Made by a program: the position numbers and the translations under genes. DNA of 60,667 nt, filler included, from Catajapyx aquilonaris (Eukaryota), in the NCBI GenBank assembly GCA_000934665.2. It is 2 parts of 2 records of this genome, joined end to end, with 100 filler letters (N's around TTAATTAATTAA, not from the genome) between each part and the next. Parts side by side here need not be neighbours in the genome. Positions count along the whole stretch, not along the records: positions 1 to 30,287 come from JYFJ02004664.1; 1 more part is not named here. The stretch is one strand, 5' to 3'. Shown one piece after another: positions 13,218-25,726 of this stretch (within the stretch, counting starts at the first letter, position 1; each line of letters begins with the position of its first letter). The notes under the pieces were generated by a model. It saw only the letters and a list, made by a program, of their open reading frames with translations, had not been told where the DNA came from and did not search any database.

Positions 13218-13887
13218 TGTATGAGGCCCGGCTGGTTCGCCAGCGACGGTACTCTCTTCCTCGAGCGGTCCTCGGACCTGACTCGCATTTCTTGGTTGGA
13301 CGGGGTGCTTGGGAGAATATCCCACCCCCGTCCCTGGGTTGGACCCGGCATTGCAGTACAGCCGGGGCCAGCCCTCCTCTCCCCCACCCTTCTCACCCAC
13401 CCCCTACCTTGCAATCCCACACCTTCCTCTCCTACCCCCGGCTGCCAAGGCTCGACTNTACAAGCTGGGTAACCCTTCCTACCAACCAACCAACAACAAC
13501 AATCTCTTTTGCATCAAGAGTGCCTCCAGGATTATTAACCTCCGGTTGGGCACCCGCTGCCGACTTTTGGTCAGCTGGTTCTTAGGGGCATTGGAGTTGG
13601 CATGTTGTCTTGGCTCTGGCTTCATAGACTGTAACCATTCTATACCGTGTTTCGAATGCACTCTTAGCAGTACTACACTACTTTCTACTTATTGCCAGAA
13701 GTAAGCAATATGGATAGGTCTGGAGTACTCTGAATTGACACATTTTCTTTATTTGTTTAATTGCATTTGAAGTGTTACTATACGGACTGTGCTAGCTAGC
13801 CACTTGGTTCGGCTCTACACCCTGTGACATCTTCAAGGTCAAGTAGACTCTGTACTATTAACTGTGTGTTTTACAGCTGTGGATACA
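13218..13887 (+). mobile_element. LTR-like insertion interrupting EVE-A just upstream of RdRp motif F
   Basis: Abrupt GC-rich block starting TGTAT with a candidate end ATACA, a TATA-like element near 13457, and no viral-like frame. No matching TSD found, so the right end is uncertain. Confidence 0.45.
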
Positions 13888-15616
13888 GCATTTTTAGAAT
13901 TAACAACAAAAAAATGTAACTAATTTAAGTCTACGATCTCGGCCGCAATTTTTGCGGGAACGCCAGAGGTAAGACCTAAGCTACTTTCAAAATTTCTGTA
14001 TTTTTCGGAGTATATTTTTATATTTAAATTTTGGAACTGAAGTACGTTATTTGACCCAAACATACGTTATGCCGGCATTTGAAGTCGATATTCCGTTTAA
14101 CTCTCCCATCATGTTTCCTCATCCTCAGATTGTCATCTTGGGCAGAGAAATACCCGCAGCATTATCATCGCAAAGGTTACGCCGTACGTGTGGTGATAGC
14201 TGATAGCCTCCTATAGTCGGTTTTGTAGTCAAACAATGTAGTGACGGTGTGACTTCAGGCTCAGTCTGTTTCCAAAAACGTCAACTGCTATGATATTATA
14301 GCCCTATATGGTGCCTGCTTAATCAAGTTTTTCAGTCCAAGAATGGAGATGTGTTGTGGTGTACTGTATAGACGTCGGGTTTCTGAAGTAAATAAACAAC
14401 CCAACAAACCCGCAGGGTTGTGTATAGGGGCTGCCTCAATTGTTACAATAATGGGATTTTTAAGGCCCCGTATATAGCGCCTCTGGGATTGGATGTCCTC
14501 CCCGGCAGTCGTGTGCGTTCATCACCTATGGAGTCACGCGTACGGTACGATGTTTTTATCGCTCTTCGAGGTGTCAACTGAGTACTCCTCTTGTCTCTTG
14601 TCCGGTAGGGAAAGTTGGCACAAGGTATCGGAACGTGTCCTTTTGTTTATAGTGCACATCCTTGCAGTGTGCACGTTTGTAGCTGGAAAGGGATTTTTTT
14701 TCCCCTAATGCAACGCATTACATTGAAAAACAAAGGTATTATGTATGCCGTCTCAGGCTAGAATAATATGTGATGATCAAACATAATGGAATAGTAGAAA
14801 TTTGTCAGTCAATTAACTCTTCTGGACTGATACGCCAAACGTACTTCTGCGCGACATTTTTTATACTCATGTGGTGAATGAGTATATTATTAGCTCTTGG
14901 TATTCATGAATGTGGTGACTATACATCGCAGCATAATTATGGCACCCATAGGCCTGGCTGCTGGAGTCCTTCTCTTTCAACACCGATCTTTATTAAGTAA
15001 TGTCGAGCAAGCCGCATTTCACAATAATCCAGTAAGGAAATACCTGTTGTCAACTTGTAATAATTTATTATACATCCAGCTTATATAATTATGCATCACT
15101 ATTTCACACACTTCACCTGCAGTTTGCCCTAAGGGAAATATTGTCCAGTTGCGTATCCACAGACGTGGTTGCACTGTTCAAATCAATAGAGGTTGCTGGA
15201 AGTTGGTTCAAGTGCGTCTTAACCCTCACTGCCTTCATCCTGAGGATATAGTGATGCAAGGTCTCATGCATTGCGTAACCCAGGCTTCGCTACCAGCTAT
15301 ATAGACAGAAAACGCCTAGCTTTTCTCTTGCGACTACTCCGAAGATACAGACGTAAGTATAGGCTACATTTGTGTTCGGTAAGCCATGGGCGACGTTTCT
15401 GATTATATGTTTGGCCGACTGTTATATTGTGTCTCATCGCATCTGTCTTTGCCGTGTTCTTGGTCATACATCCCTTCTCCGTATTGCGCCGTATTTTGCT
15501 TGCAGTACATAATAGGCATGGGCCTTGGTAAACCCAGGGTGGGGGCTCGGGCAGCAGAAGAGTGCTTCCATGACGTGAGCTTTATTAATAGCCCACACTC
15601 CGGGCTGGGTGGGAAC

Positions 15617-16204
15617 TGTAATCATAATTAAGTTAATTGCACACCTCAGTTATCTCGGCCTTTTATAATCCGAATTACTTCGCGAATGTATATCGACGGC
15701 AAGCCAGAAATGGGAGTGATAAAATTACACCGTGCTCTATTACACTAAAAAATTTAAATGTATTTAAAATCAATGCCGTCCATTCCCGCCAGAAGGCGGG
15801 CTGGGTACTTGTCTATTCAACATACTAAAGCAGTACTTTTAAAATTTTTAGTGTAATAGAGCACAATGTTATCTTATCACTCACATTTCTGGCTGGCCGT
15901 CGATACATTCACAAAGTAATTTGGATTATAAACGGCCGAGATAACTGAGCTGCGCATTTAACTTAATTATGATTACACAAATGGCGATTTCTAAGTTTCA
16001 AATATATTATTACAAAGATTTGCACTATCCAGGGTTCGCAGGGGGAATTTTCCGGCCTTCGAGAAGTGCCATAAAAAAATTCGTTTTGCTGCGTAACTTC
16101 GGCAACTATAGTCAAAAAATGACACTTTTCCGTGTTCTTCTTGCGATAAAAAATTCCACAATGAAGATAGGTAATCAACTCGCAAATATGTTACGTAGAT
16201 TTAA
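15617..16204. mobile_element. Palindromic MITE remnant inserted in EVE-A (left arm truncated)
   Basis: Inverted arms of ~140 bp at 15617-~15760 and ~15838-15977; AT-rich non-coding sequence continues to TTAA at ~16204. Confidence 0.75.
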
Positions 16205-16879
16205 ACAAGCTTTCTAACGATGTGTATAATATATAATGTTATTTTTTGGACCATTTCCCTTGGAGTTATTTAGAGGCAAACACAAGGGCCAGTATTTTAA
16301 AAATAATCCGATAGTAGCCCTGTTCCTCTTCTTGGCACGAATATGACACGAATGACACGTACATGTGGAGCCATGGTCACTGTCAGAATAATTATTCTTC
16401 GCGAGTGATGCGACGGGGTGATGCACTCCCAAAGTGATCAGTATATGTTGATAAGTTGTGGATTGTTCACTGCTCAAGCAAAGAGGAAATCAGCGGTAAA
16501 GTCTAAGGGGATGTCTGTCGCCCGCCCTGACCCTTTGAAGCTCCGGCAATAATTATCCGTGTTGCTTTCCCTTTGAGGCAGGTTGCTTGGGTGAACAACC
16601 AGCAGTCACAACTCCCACCTTTGAACCAGTGGATTGGGCCGTGCACCACCCGGTGTAACGACAGTATGGTGATCGACGTAAGCTGTGACAGTGGCTCTGT
16701 ATGTTGGCTCCAAAATAATGGTGTCTCTCATTTCCCAGTAGGTCAAATCCACAGACGAAATGAACGAATGTTTCAGAATGGTATTTGTCCATGTCGTATA
16801 TAATGGCATGACTGCTACATAGCTATAATATATTATTGAAGGAGGTGTGGCGTTATTGTGGATTGACTCGAAAAGGTGA

Positions 16880-18450
16880 GAATGAATAGGTCACACCGTG
16901 CCTGATGGTATACTCACAGTCCATTTTGTCACAGAGTTTGTTTGCAGGCGTGTCTTTACCTGAGTGTGATACACTGGAACAGATTTTGTTGTATCCAGTT
17001 CCACATATATCGGGACTCCGACGACAACATTTTTCGCGAGAATTTTATTAAAGCTAAGTTAGTGCCACATGATTGCTCCGCGAGGCGAAACCCCCAAGTA
17101 ATCTCTAGGCAGGCGGAAAATATACGTATGTCTCCTGCTCACACGTCGACCCTCACTATATCTTATGCGGTGTCTTATTTGCGGCCGGCGGAATATGAAT
17201 TTTATCATAAACGCAGTATGGGGCATGATTATATACCGGACTCGTCTGGCACTGAGAAATGCATGAGTGGATGAGAGAAAGCGTCATCGCGCGTCATGTT
17301 TGAGCTTGAATAACCTGCTTCAACCGGAAATGTTCTTCCGGAATAGTACTGCCCTGTCTCTGTGTATCTTCCTTTCCATCGAACCAGGACGAGAGAGAAC
17401 GATGTTCATCCTGAGTACTCGGGGCTACCCAACCGACTCGTCTGCCCGTCGAGAGGCGTACATGCCAGGGGACTGATATCGGGTGCTGATGAAACCCTCG
17501 AGAAATCGGCGCACTCTCACAGTATTGTCGCCACTCTTCAGTGTTATTATTGTGGAAGACTCCAGCAATCCTAGAAGCTGGGAAGTTCTCACCCTCTCCG
17601 CACCCACACAGCAGTCATCTAAAAAGAGGAACTCGTACTCAGTCCGGGCGAGTCCGGACTTGTCTTCTTGGTCGGTTGCTTATGCAGTTAATCAACTGAA
17701 TTCATGTCTCCAAAGAGTCAAATAATGATCATACTGTACTGTATATACCCACAGTACCTTACCTATCGCAGTCTAGGTGTTACACCGCATCATTTATGTA
17801 ATTCAGGTTGTGAATGAATGGGATGGATTCCATTCCATCTCCTGCAGTAGTTGCTGTGTGGCAGTGGGTTACACAGTACCGCGCGCACCTTCGCGGAAGT
17901 TGTGTAATAATGATTATTCCCAGTATTTGCACGATCTGCGCTTCAAGTGGCTGTTCCGGGAGGGATGCAGCGTCGCAAGGCAGGCGTGAATAGAATATGT
18001 AAAATTACGATCATAATATTTTCCAATGAGCTGGTATATATAGTGGGTGCCTGGGTGGTGACAGGTCCAGTCCACCTGAGGCTCTTTCCGTGCAGTTTTC
18101 CTGCAGTTTTTTGTAACTTAAAATCTGGCGTGACACGATCTGTAACTCAGTGAACAATAGTCGCCACACACCATCATGCTCTTCTCTAGTTAATCCAGTC
18201 ACAGGGGAGTTAAGGTGATGAGCAACCATATGTTTGAGCCCTTATAGGGCTCCGTAATAAAGTACATGTTCTAATAATATTGACATCAGCTGAAGGGGAG
18301 GGATGCGGCGGACTCAGCATTACTATATAGTAGTGTAAGGGGTGTTCGAGAACCGACCAGTCAGACCACCTGTACCCGTGGCTCCATTGACACCAGAGGA
18401 TCATGGTATATGTAGAGGAGTCATTATGTCTGGGCAGCCTCATTACTGAG
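16880..18450 (-). pseudogene. NS3-like serine protease C-terminus and SF2 (DExH) helicase (decayed)
   Basis: RWSDWSVLE at 18345-18371 (pestivirus GWSGLPIFE; the R/D/W/S differences are each one base). Motif I QAPT..GK at 18019-18053 across a small insertion. Motif Ia IITQLPRR at ~17888-17911. Motif II EYEFLFLDDCC at 17608-17640 (pestivirus EYSYIFLDEYH). Motif III S/AT at 17526-17535 across a 1-nt insertion. Motif V GTN at 17058-17066. Motif VI is only vestigial (~16890-16930). Confidence 0.65.
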
Positions 18451-21240
18451 ATAATCTGTAATAAGAGATAAGACCTGCTGATAAGATATAAAGGACGAGA
18501 AGATAACTATGATTTCCTTGTGTGTCTTGATTGCACGCTGTCACATGAGAGAGCTCATTCATTTTGCCCAATGAAGCGAGGCCACTTCTCTTCGAGAGTT
18601 ACTTTATGAGGCGTATACACTCAACTTTGCCATGGCTAATGGTTGTTCGTCGTCGTGTGTCTCTTCAGAAACTCATCGCTGAGGTGTTGCGGCCTTTGTC
18701 GTCAGATCGCATCCTCCTGTGGTTGACTTATCATTTTCCCCGATTTTCTCCAGTCATCTGCGGAAAAGCGAGAGTTACATACCGTACTGGATCAAAATAA
18801 TGTTGTCTCCAGAACGAGTCTCGTTGCTATATGACTAATTATAATAATTAATCTACTACTGCATGATTATGTATCATGCGGAATTACTCTTGTTATGACT
18901 CTTATTATAATAAGGGGAGTTGTACCTCCCCTGCTTTTGCACACGAATAAAATAGTCGTTGGTTAACATGCGGTATGCGGTCACTACAGTGCAGCTGTTT
19001 TTGTTGCCCCTTTCTGCGCATTTACGCGATGCAAAAAGTGGAGAACATGCAGCTTCCCCACATCCGCTCCACGTAAGAGGTAATTATAATGTTGAACTCT
19101 TTTTATGGTGAATGAAGGCCATTTTCGGCGACCTGCATCCTTTCTCACCGACTCCCAAATATCCTTACTCGTTGCTCTTTATTATTGCATGAAGGCAGAT
19201 AATAATGATTTGTGTAACCCCGCTCTGTCGGTTACACTGGTTATCCTAAACGTATTAGGGACTGTAGCATAAGCGAGGTAAACCCAAAACGTGTGCTGGC
19301 TGATCCCATCTTACGACCGTGTATAGGGTACATAAGTTTTTGATGCACAGTAATGATGCTCACAATATTTGTCGGCACTCTTGTATTGCGAAGGATGGTG
19401 ACTTGAATATATGTATGTATATGATGAGTCATGAATGGAAATGTCATTAAACACTTTGCCACTTCACTAATCCATATAGCCCTGAATTTCGAGCTAAGGT
19501 CCCTGCATTACTGCTCTCAATGAGCGAAACTTGGTTTGTTTTTCAAAAGTTAGAGGAAGGAGCATCACCTATTCGCCAAGGAATGTGACTCGTTCCTCGC
19601 ACCAGCTGGGAAGCTATGCTTTGCTCGGATGCCAGCATGATCGTCGGAGGCCCTTGATACGAAGGTTGAACCAGACCAGAGGTCACCATCTATTCTTCAT
19701 AAGAAGTGCGGACAGATGTCGGTTTTATAAAGCAGGGCTGCATGGAAAAGGTCGGAAGTTGAATGTCTCCTTCAGTACCTTTCATTTCTGCGATGGCCTA
19801 TATATCCCTATAATAAGAGGCGTGGAGTAATGGTGCCTCTAAAAGGGCAGCATTATTATGCTGCACAGATCCGACAAGCTCAACTTCCCCTCGCAGGATT
19901 CTGATCACAATTTTTATGTTTATGCAAATAATAGAAGAGCGATTTCCCAAAACAAGTCCATTTACAACATTTTTCTATTGTATGATCAAGGAGGGAGGTG
20001 GGTGGGTGGAAGGGAAGGGGTGTGTATACAGTGTGTGGGGAGTCGTACTTGCATTCATGCCAGCAGCAGACTTATAGCCAAGCAGTAACCCCTCTAGAGG
20101 ACTGCATCAAATTGTCACTCAACATAGAGATCCTGTGGGTGAACAGAATCATTTTAAATCACTGCGGCAGCATCAGTTCTTGTGATGTCGACTCAGGTAT
20201 GAACAGGTCCTCTCCCTTGAGCTCTGCATGTGGGTGTCATCAGGTCATGGCATGCCATGGACACAATGGCGTTCGAAATTAAGGAGCATATGCGATAATG
20301 AACTGTACCTCTTCAGTCGGGACATAATTATGCAGGTCTACAAAGAGTTACATAGGAAGGCAACAGAGTGAGTATAAGAAGGCCTGTACTACATTTCATC
20401 TAAAAATCTTGAGTAGTCTGCTTCGTTCTATAACACATAAGTCGGAACAACATACGTACTATTATGCCTTGTCGGCTTGTCGTCATGATGGGATGCCTTC
20501 TCCAGAGACACATGGGTTATAGTCGCGGAACTGCTGGCGACGAAGGGTCTTGCACAGAATGTGCAGCATATATACTTACATGGCCAGGGAAAATGACGTG
20601 TACGGCACACTGTAACGTCGGTAACAGTCTTCTTCTCCTTGGCCGATTTTGCAGTGCAACGACGCCAACCTGGCTTCTACTTCACCTCGCCATTGGTCGG
20701 CGGTATATTAATAGTATAATAATAATACTGGATATTTTGATGTGTGTGATGTGGATTTTCAGGCAAAAGGGACCGCGAGGTCGGACCAGGGTCAGATAAT
20801 CATGGCCGTAAAATTGCACGTGTTACATGCCTCCTATTGCTGACCATGCCGCTTATAAAGGTGATTAGCGAGGCCCACAAAGTCTGGGGAACAACATTAG
20901 GATGTTTGCCCATCAGGTGGGCTACTTCCTGCTCTTCCTACAATAATAAATTAATAATATTAGTAGATATTAGACGGCAATGAAGGTCGCGCTAAACTGA
21001 TGTCATGATTCGATCTAGCTGCGTTATAATCTTCTAGGTAATCCTTCCAGTGCTTTGCGTAGCCTAATGTACTATATACTTATCCCTATACAGACTCAGT
21101 ATAGTAGAGTGCTGATGCCAGTAGCGTCTCTTCTTGCCATCACACAGACACAGTGATCTTGTCACTCACACTGGAACCACTTGCTCAGCAGTCAGCAGTT
21201 ACATGAAGGGATAATAATAATAACGCTAATAATACTAATC

Positions 21241-21293
<53 letters not shown>
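21241..21293. repeat. (ATG)n microsatellite
   Basis: Seen directly. Confidence 0.95.
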
Positions 21294-22163
21294 ATTCATA
21301 CGTGTCATGATCGACTTTTTGAGACAACTCTTATCATTCTGCATCCAGGCAATACAGAAGAAGAATATATTTGAATGCAAGGCCTCGGACATTAGGAGGA
21401 AGCGGAAATCAATCGCCGTATAGTCTCGTATAGCATCCAGAGCGAGACTATACCTTATTGTACAGTACAAGTATACAAGAGTTCCCCCGTCTCTCCTGGT
21501 TTTTTTCCGAAATCAGGAATAAAATAATAGTCAGGAGACTTCCTTCCCTCAATGACTATAACTATAGTCATTGTTCTCACTATGTCCGTATGCGACATTA
21601 TTATGCAAGGCTTGCAAGGACCATTGTGCACATACTTGAGAGTGGTGCTGGGACTATATAAATTAATACTGTGAAAGAGTGAAACCTATTAGTTCGTAAT
21701 TATATTCTCATGATTATTTTCGCGACTATCTGACCGGCCTTTGTTATAGTCGTATCGGACAGGTGTGCAATGATTTCCTGAAATGTATATACCGAGTATT
21801 TATTTCACTTCAGCGGCACCTGATGAGTGTTGAACCACATTTGATGGGTATCAGAAATGGTATATATCCTACTCCGTCATGCGGACTATTGGCTCTTATT
21901 GCTTTTCAAGGAGAGATTATTTCCTTATTACTACCAAAAGGATAATATCCTTCGCTTAATGGCATGAAGAATTCAATGAATAATCCACATCATTGACCCC
22001 TGTTGGCTCCACTGCTTGTTCGGAACAGTATAGTTCTTTCTCCGTTGTCGTGACGACCGAAAATAAAACAAAATGAAATCAACAACTTATAGCAGGTTGT
22101 TCCATTTACGAAGAGTCGATCGGAGGAATCAGTCGAGTCAGAGAAGAGATCTCGGTTGGTCAG

Positions 22164-22190
22164 CTCCTCCTCCTCCTCCTCCTCCTCCTC
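22164..22190. repeat. (CTC)n microsatellite
   Basis: Seen directly. Confidence 0.9.
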
Positions 22191-22707
22191 TCTCCGTCTG
22201 AAGCTGGGTCACCAAGGAAGTCAAGGGTCAGATCCAGGATAGTTGCTGGGGTCTGAGGGTGAATGATGGTTTTGGTGTGTATATACACTGTTGTCCTGGC
22301 ACCTGGCACGCCACCTTTCTGATGGTGAATCCACTGAGCCATCCACTGTTTGTATATGTTTAGCCCATGTGTATCATATGTATAGTACGTTATAGTTAAA
22401 TGCAGATCTGAAGGTGGAATCACTACTGCACTGGTTGGGTATGACCTGCCAAATAATACGGATGGGTTGCTCGGAAGGAAACCCCAATCCCCTAACAAAT
22501 GGCTCCATTGAAATATTCCTAAACTAAGGCCAGGTTGCACCAAATGCATTGAATTGACCTCAACTTTTCGTTTCTCTGTTTTCTTATAAAATCCGTCACC
22601 TTCCCTACAAAGGATGAAACAAAGAGAAAGCCACAGGCGAGTGGCTTCAGTGGTGAAGCCCAGCCGAATAATGACAATAATTCATCCCAGTTTGGTATAT
22701 ACACACC

Positions 22708-22777
<70 letters not shown>
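22708..22777. repeat. (AAT)n microsatellite
   Basis: Seen directly. Confidence 0.95.
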
Positions 22778-24222
22778 TGCGTCGACGAGTGTCTTTTGTG
22801 ACAAAATAACTGCCACTCCGGCCGATGTCGTCTGTAGCCCACCTGTGCGAGTCACTTTCACCGATGATATGATTGTCCTTGGGCATTCACATAAACGCCT
22901 TTTTCGAATGCAGTTCGTTGACCCCGTCTCGCCTTTTCATTCGAACCACCTTCTTGGTCGCATTGTATATAGGCCTACTGTATAGATTGTGCCCGGCATG
23001 GCACTTTTCTTCTTTTCAGTCTTGTCTCCTACATTTCTGTCGCAGACAGTACCTGATTTTCAGTCCGGTCATACCGTAAAGTGCCAAGGGTGTCACTGAT
23101 GTGGCTCTTTTAAGTCGGCATCACTGTCTGTCAGCGCTATTTCTTCCCAATAACCTCCCGGGGATAGCCTATATTATACGTAAAGCAGCAACAACAATGT
23201 TGAGAACAACGGCAAAGACCGCCATACTATTACAGCCTCATTGCGTCGTCGGCGCCAGATGAGTCCAGCGATGTTGTACGTGTTGGTGGGATTGGCCATG
23301 CCCAGACAGGCAGCCTCCCTTGTCCATGAGTGTTGTGGTGCTGGAACAAAGAGTACGTGCTATACTCACAGTGGTTTTGATTCCAGGGGCCCAATTATTA
23401 TTATTCTTATATCCGACCTCTCATCATTGCTCGATCGTGCACTATCCAATTTCAAACAAGATTGGTTTTCCACGCGAAACGTGCTAAGTATATAGCATCG
23501 CAATACCCTTCAAACAAGAATTCCCTGATGTCAGCGATGGCCTATAGCGGCATAATCGGCCAGTCATGCGTCACTCTGCTGGGTGATTCTTATTCTCAGC
23601 CTGCAGAAATTATTATCTAACAAGAGTTCATGATTGTCGCATGTGATAATATCTTTATAGGAGTACACTGCTAGAGACTTCTACCTAATGATCACTTATA
23701 CTGGTTGAACAGACGTCTAGGACACAGGAGATGATGTAATATTGCCTGCGTCAAATGCTCAGTTCAAGATGGAGTTTTGGAATTTTCTCTGCCGGACACG
23801 TCAGTGCATTCAGATACGCCTCTGCAATGTGCCGGAGAATTTTATACGTAAATCGTAATGATACGTAATCGTAAATGAGCCCATGAGGCACCTTGCCACT
23901 CAAATAAACATCATAATAATTCATGTAATGACGGCATGTTCCGCTTGTCCTCTTTTCCGGCCATATAATACTTATTAAGAGAGTAGATTTTTTTGCAGTA
24001 TGCACAGTATAGTGACAGTAAGTTCTCGTAGATGATTCAACCCAGCAGGAATGGTAAGGACTCCGTAGCATTACTCATTTAAAATGATATTAAAGGCGTC
24101 AAAGATCTAATGTAACTTGCTGCAGTTTGTCCCGGCTTATACCGAAACCTAGCATGCTCATGCGTGGTGATGATGATGATGATGCTTGCTTGCTTGCTGC
24201 CTGCCTCTGGTATTATGCATAC

Positions 24223-25726
24223 TGAAAACCTGGGGTGCATAATTTTATTCACTTACCAACCCGAAACTGGGACAGGTGAATAATTTCATTTTATTCATTT
24301 CAAATGCATTAATATATGCATTGAGTGCATTTTTAAATTCACCGCATTGGACAAGTGAATAATTTCACTCTATTCATTTAGTAAATAAACTTATACATCA
24401 ATGTGAATATATTAATTCACTTGCCAACTTGAAACTGGGACAGGTGAATAAAGTCACTTTATTCATTTAAGTGCATTAATAGACTAGTAGCATTTGGGTG
24501 AATTCTTTGGCAGTTCAATACACACCTGTATAAATAAACGTATGCATTTGGCAATAATCATTTATTTGCAATACTATAATAATCTTCTGCATAATATGAC
24601 ATGAAATTATGAGCCACAAATTAATGAAATGAAGCACAGCCGAGGCATACACTTACGTATACAGCTAATACTGACAGTTGTATACATTGACGGATGAGAA
24701 GTGTGCAATTCTACATGTACCATCCTTCCTTTGTTCAATATTCACAATCTCCGGGGTGATGCGGCTATGTATGAAAGGAAGAGGGCTGGAGTAAATGCAT
24801 GAAATTAATTGCCGCGTAATTAATAACATTATTACTCTGAAATATTAAAGATTATGATTACACAAATTACTGTACATATACTTACATATTTCATTTGCTT
24901 TTTCATCCGCGCCTTGTGGTTAATTATTTTTGAAGCCACATGGAGTCGCGTTTTGGAGTGAAGTAAGTCGATTTCCAAAACAAACCATTTTTGCTGTAAG
25001 TGTAACAGTAATTAGTGCTAACGCCAAAAATGCACTCAAATGGGGGAAATCAAATAGAAACCGAGTGTCGCATAGAGGAGGAACAGATCAAACATATAGT
25101 ACGACAGCAGTGTAAATGTCAACAAATACGGATACATTATTACTTGGTTATCTCTAAGGCTACTTACGTTGCTGATGTGTCCATTGTGCTCGCGGCCCCG
25201 CCTTCCGTCATCCCTTCCGTTGCCAAACGAAGGCTGTTTCAGTCTTGTCAGTATAAGTTGCCTGCCGATCACCGCAAGCCCGATATACCTGACCTTCATC
25301 ATGACGTCACACGCATGACGTCATCCCTTAATCAAACCTTTAATTTATTCACTTCTGCATAAAATGCATAAATGCAGTAAGTGAATGGAAAAAAGCAGTC
25401 CATTATTTCATTCACTTATTGCATTTTATGCAGTTTATGCAGTAAGTGAATAAAATAACGCACTGCTTTTGTTCAATTCACTTACTGCATAAACTGCATG
25501 AAATGAATAAAAATGACGTCAATATGCACCATATGAATAACATCATTCATATAGTGAATTTAATTACTTACTTAGCGAATGTTGTCGCTGCATAAATTTA
25601 TGCAGCTTTCAAACGTGAATAAAATAATGCAAACCATTGACATTTCGTGCATAATTTCATGTGATAGGTGCATATTCTGCTCCACATATTCACTTCGTGC
25701 ATATTTTAATGAACTCCAGGTTTTCA
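24223..25726. mobile_element. 1.5-kb non-autonomous TIR DNA transposon inserted in EVE-A
   Basis: Termini TGAAAACCTGGGGTGCAT and ATGAACTCCAGGTTTTCA are inverted repeats. Both subterminal ~300-400 bp regions are packed with ATTCAC/GTGAAT and TGCAT motifs. Confidence 0.8.
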
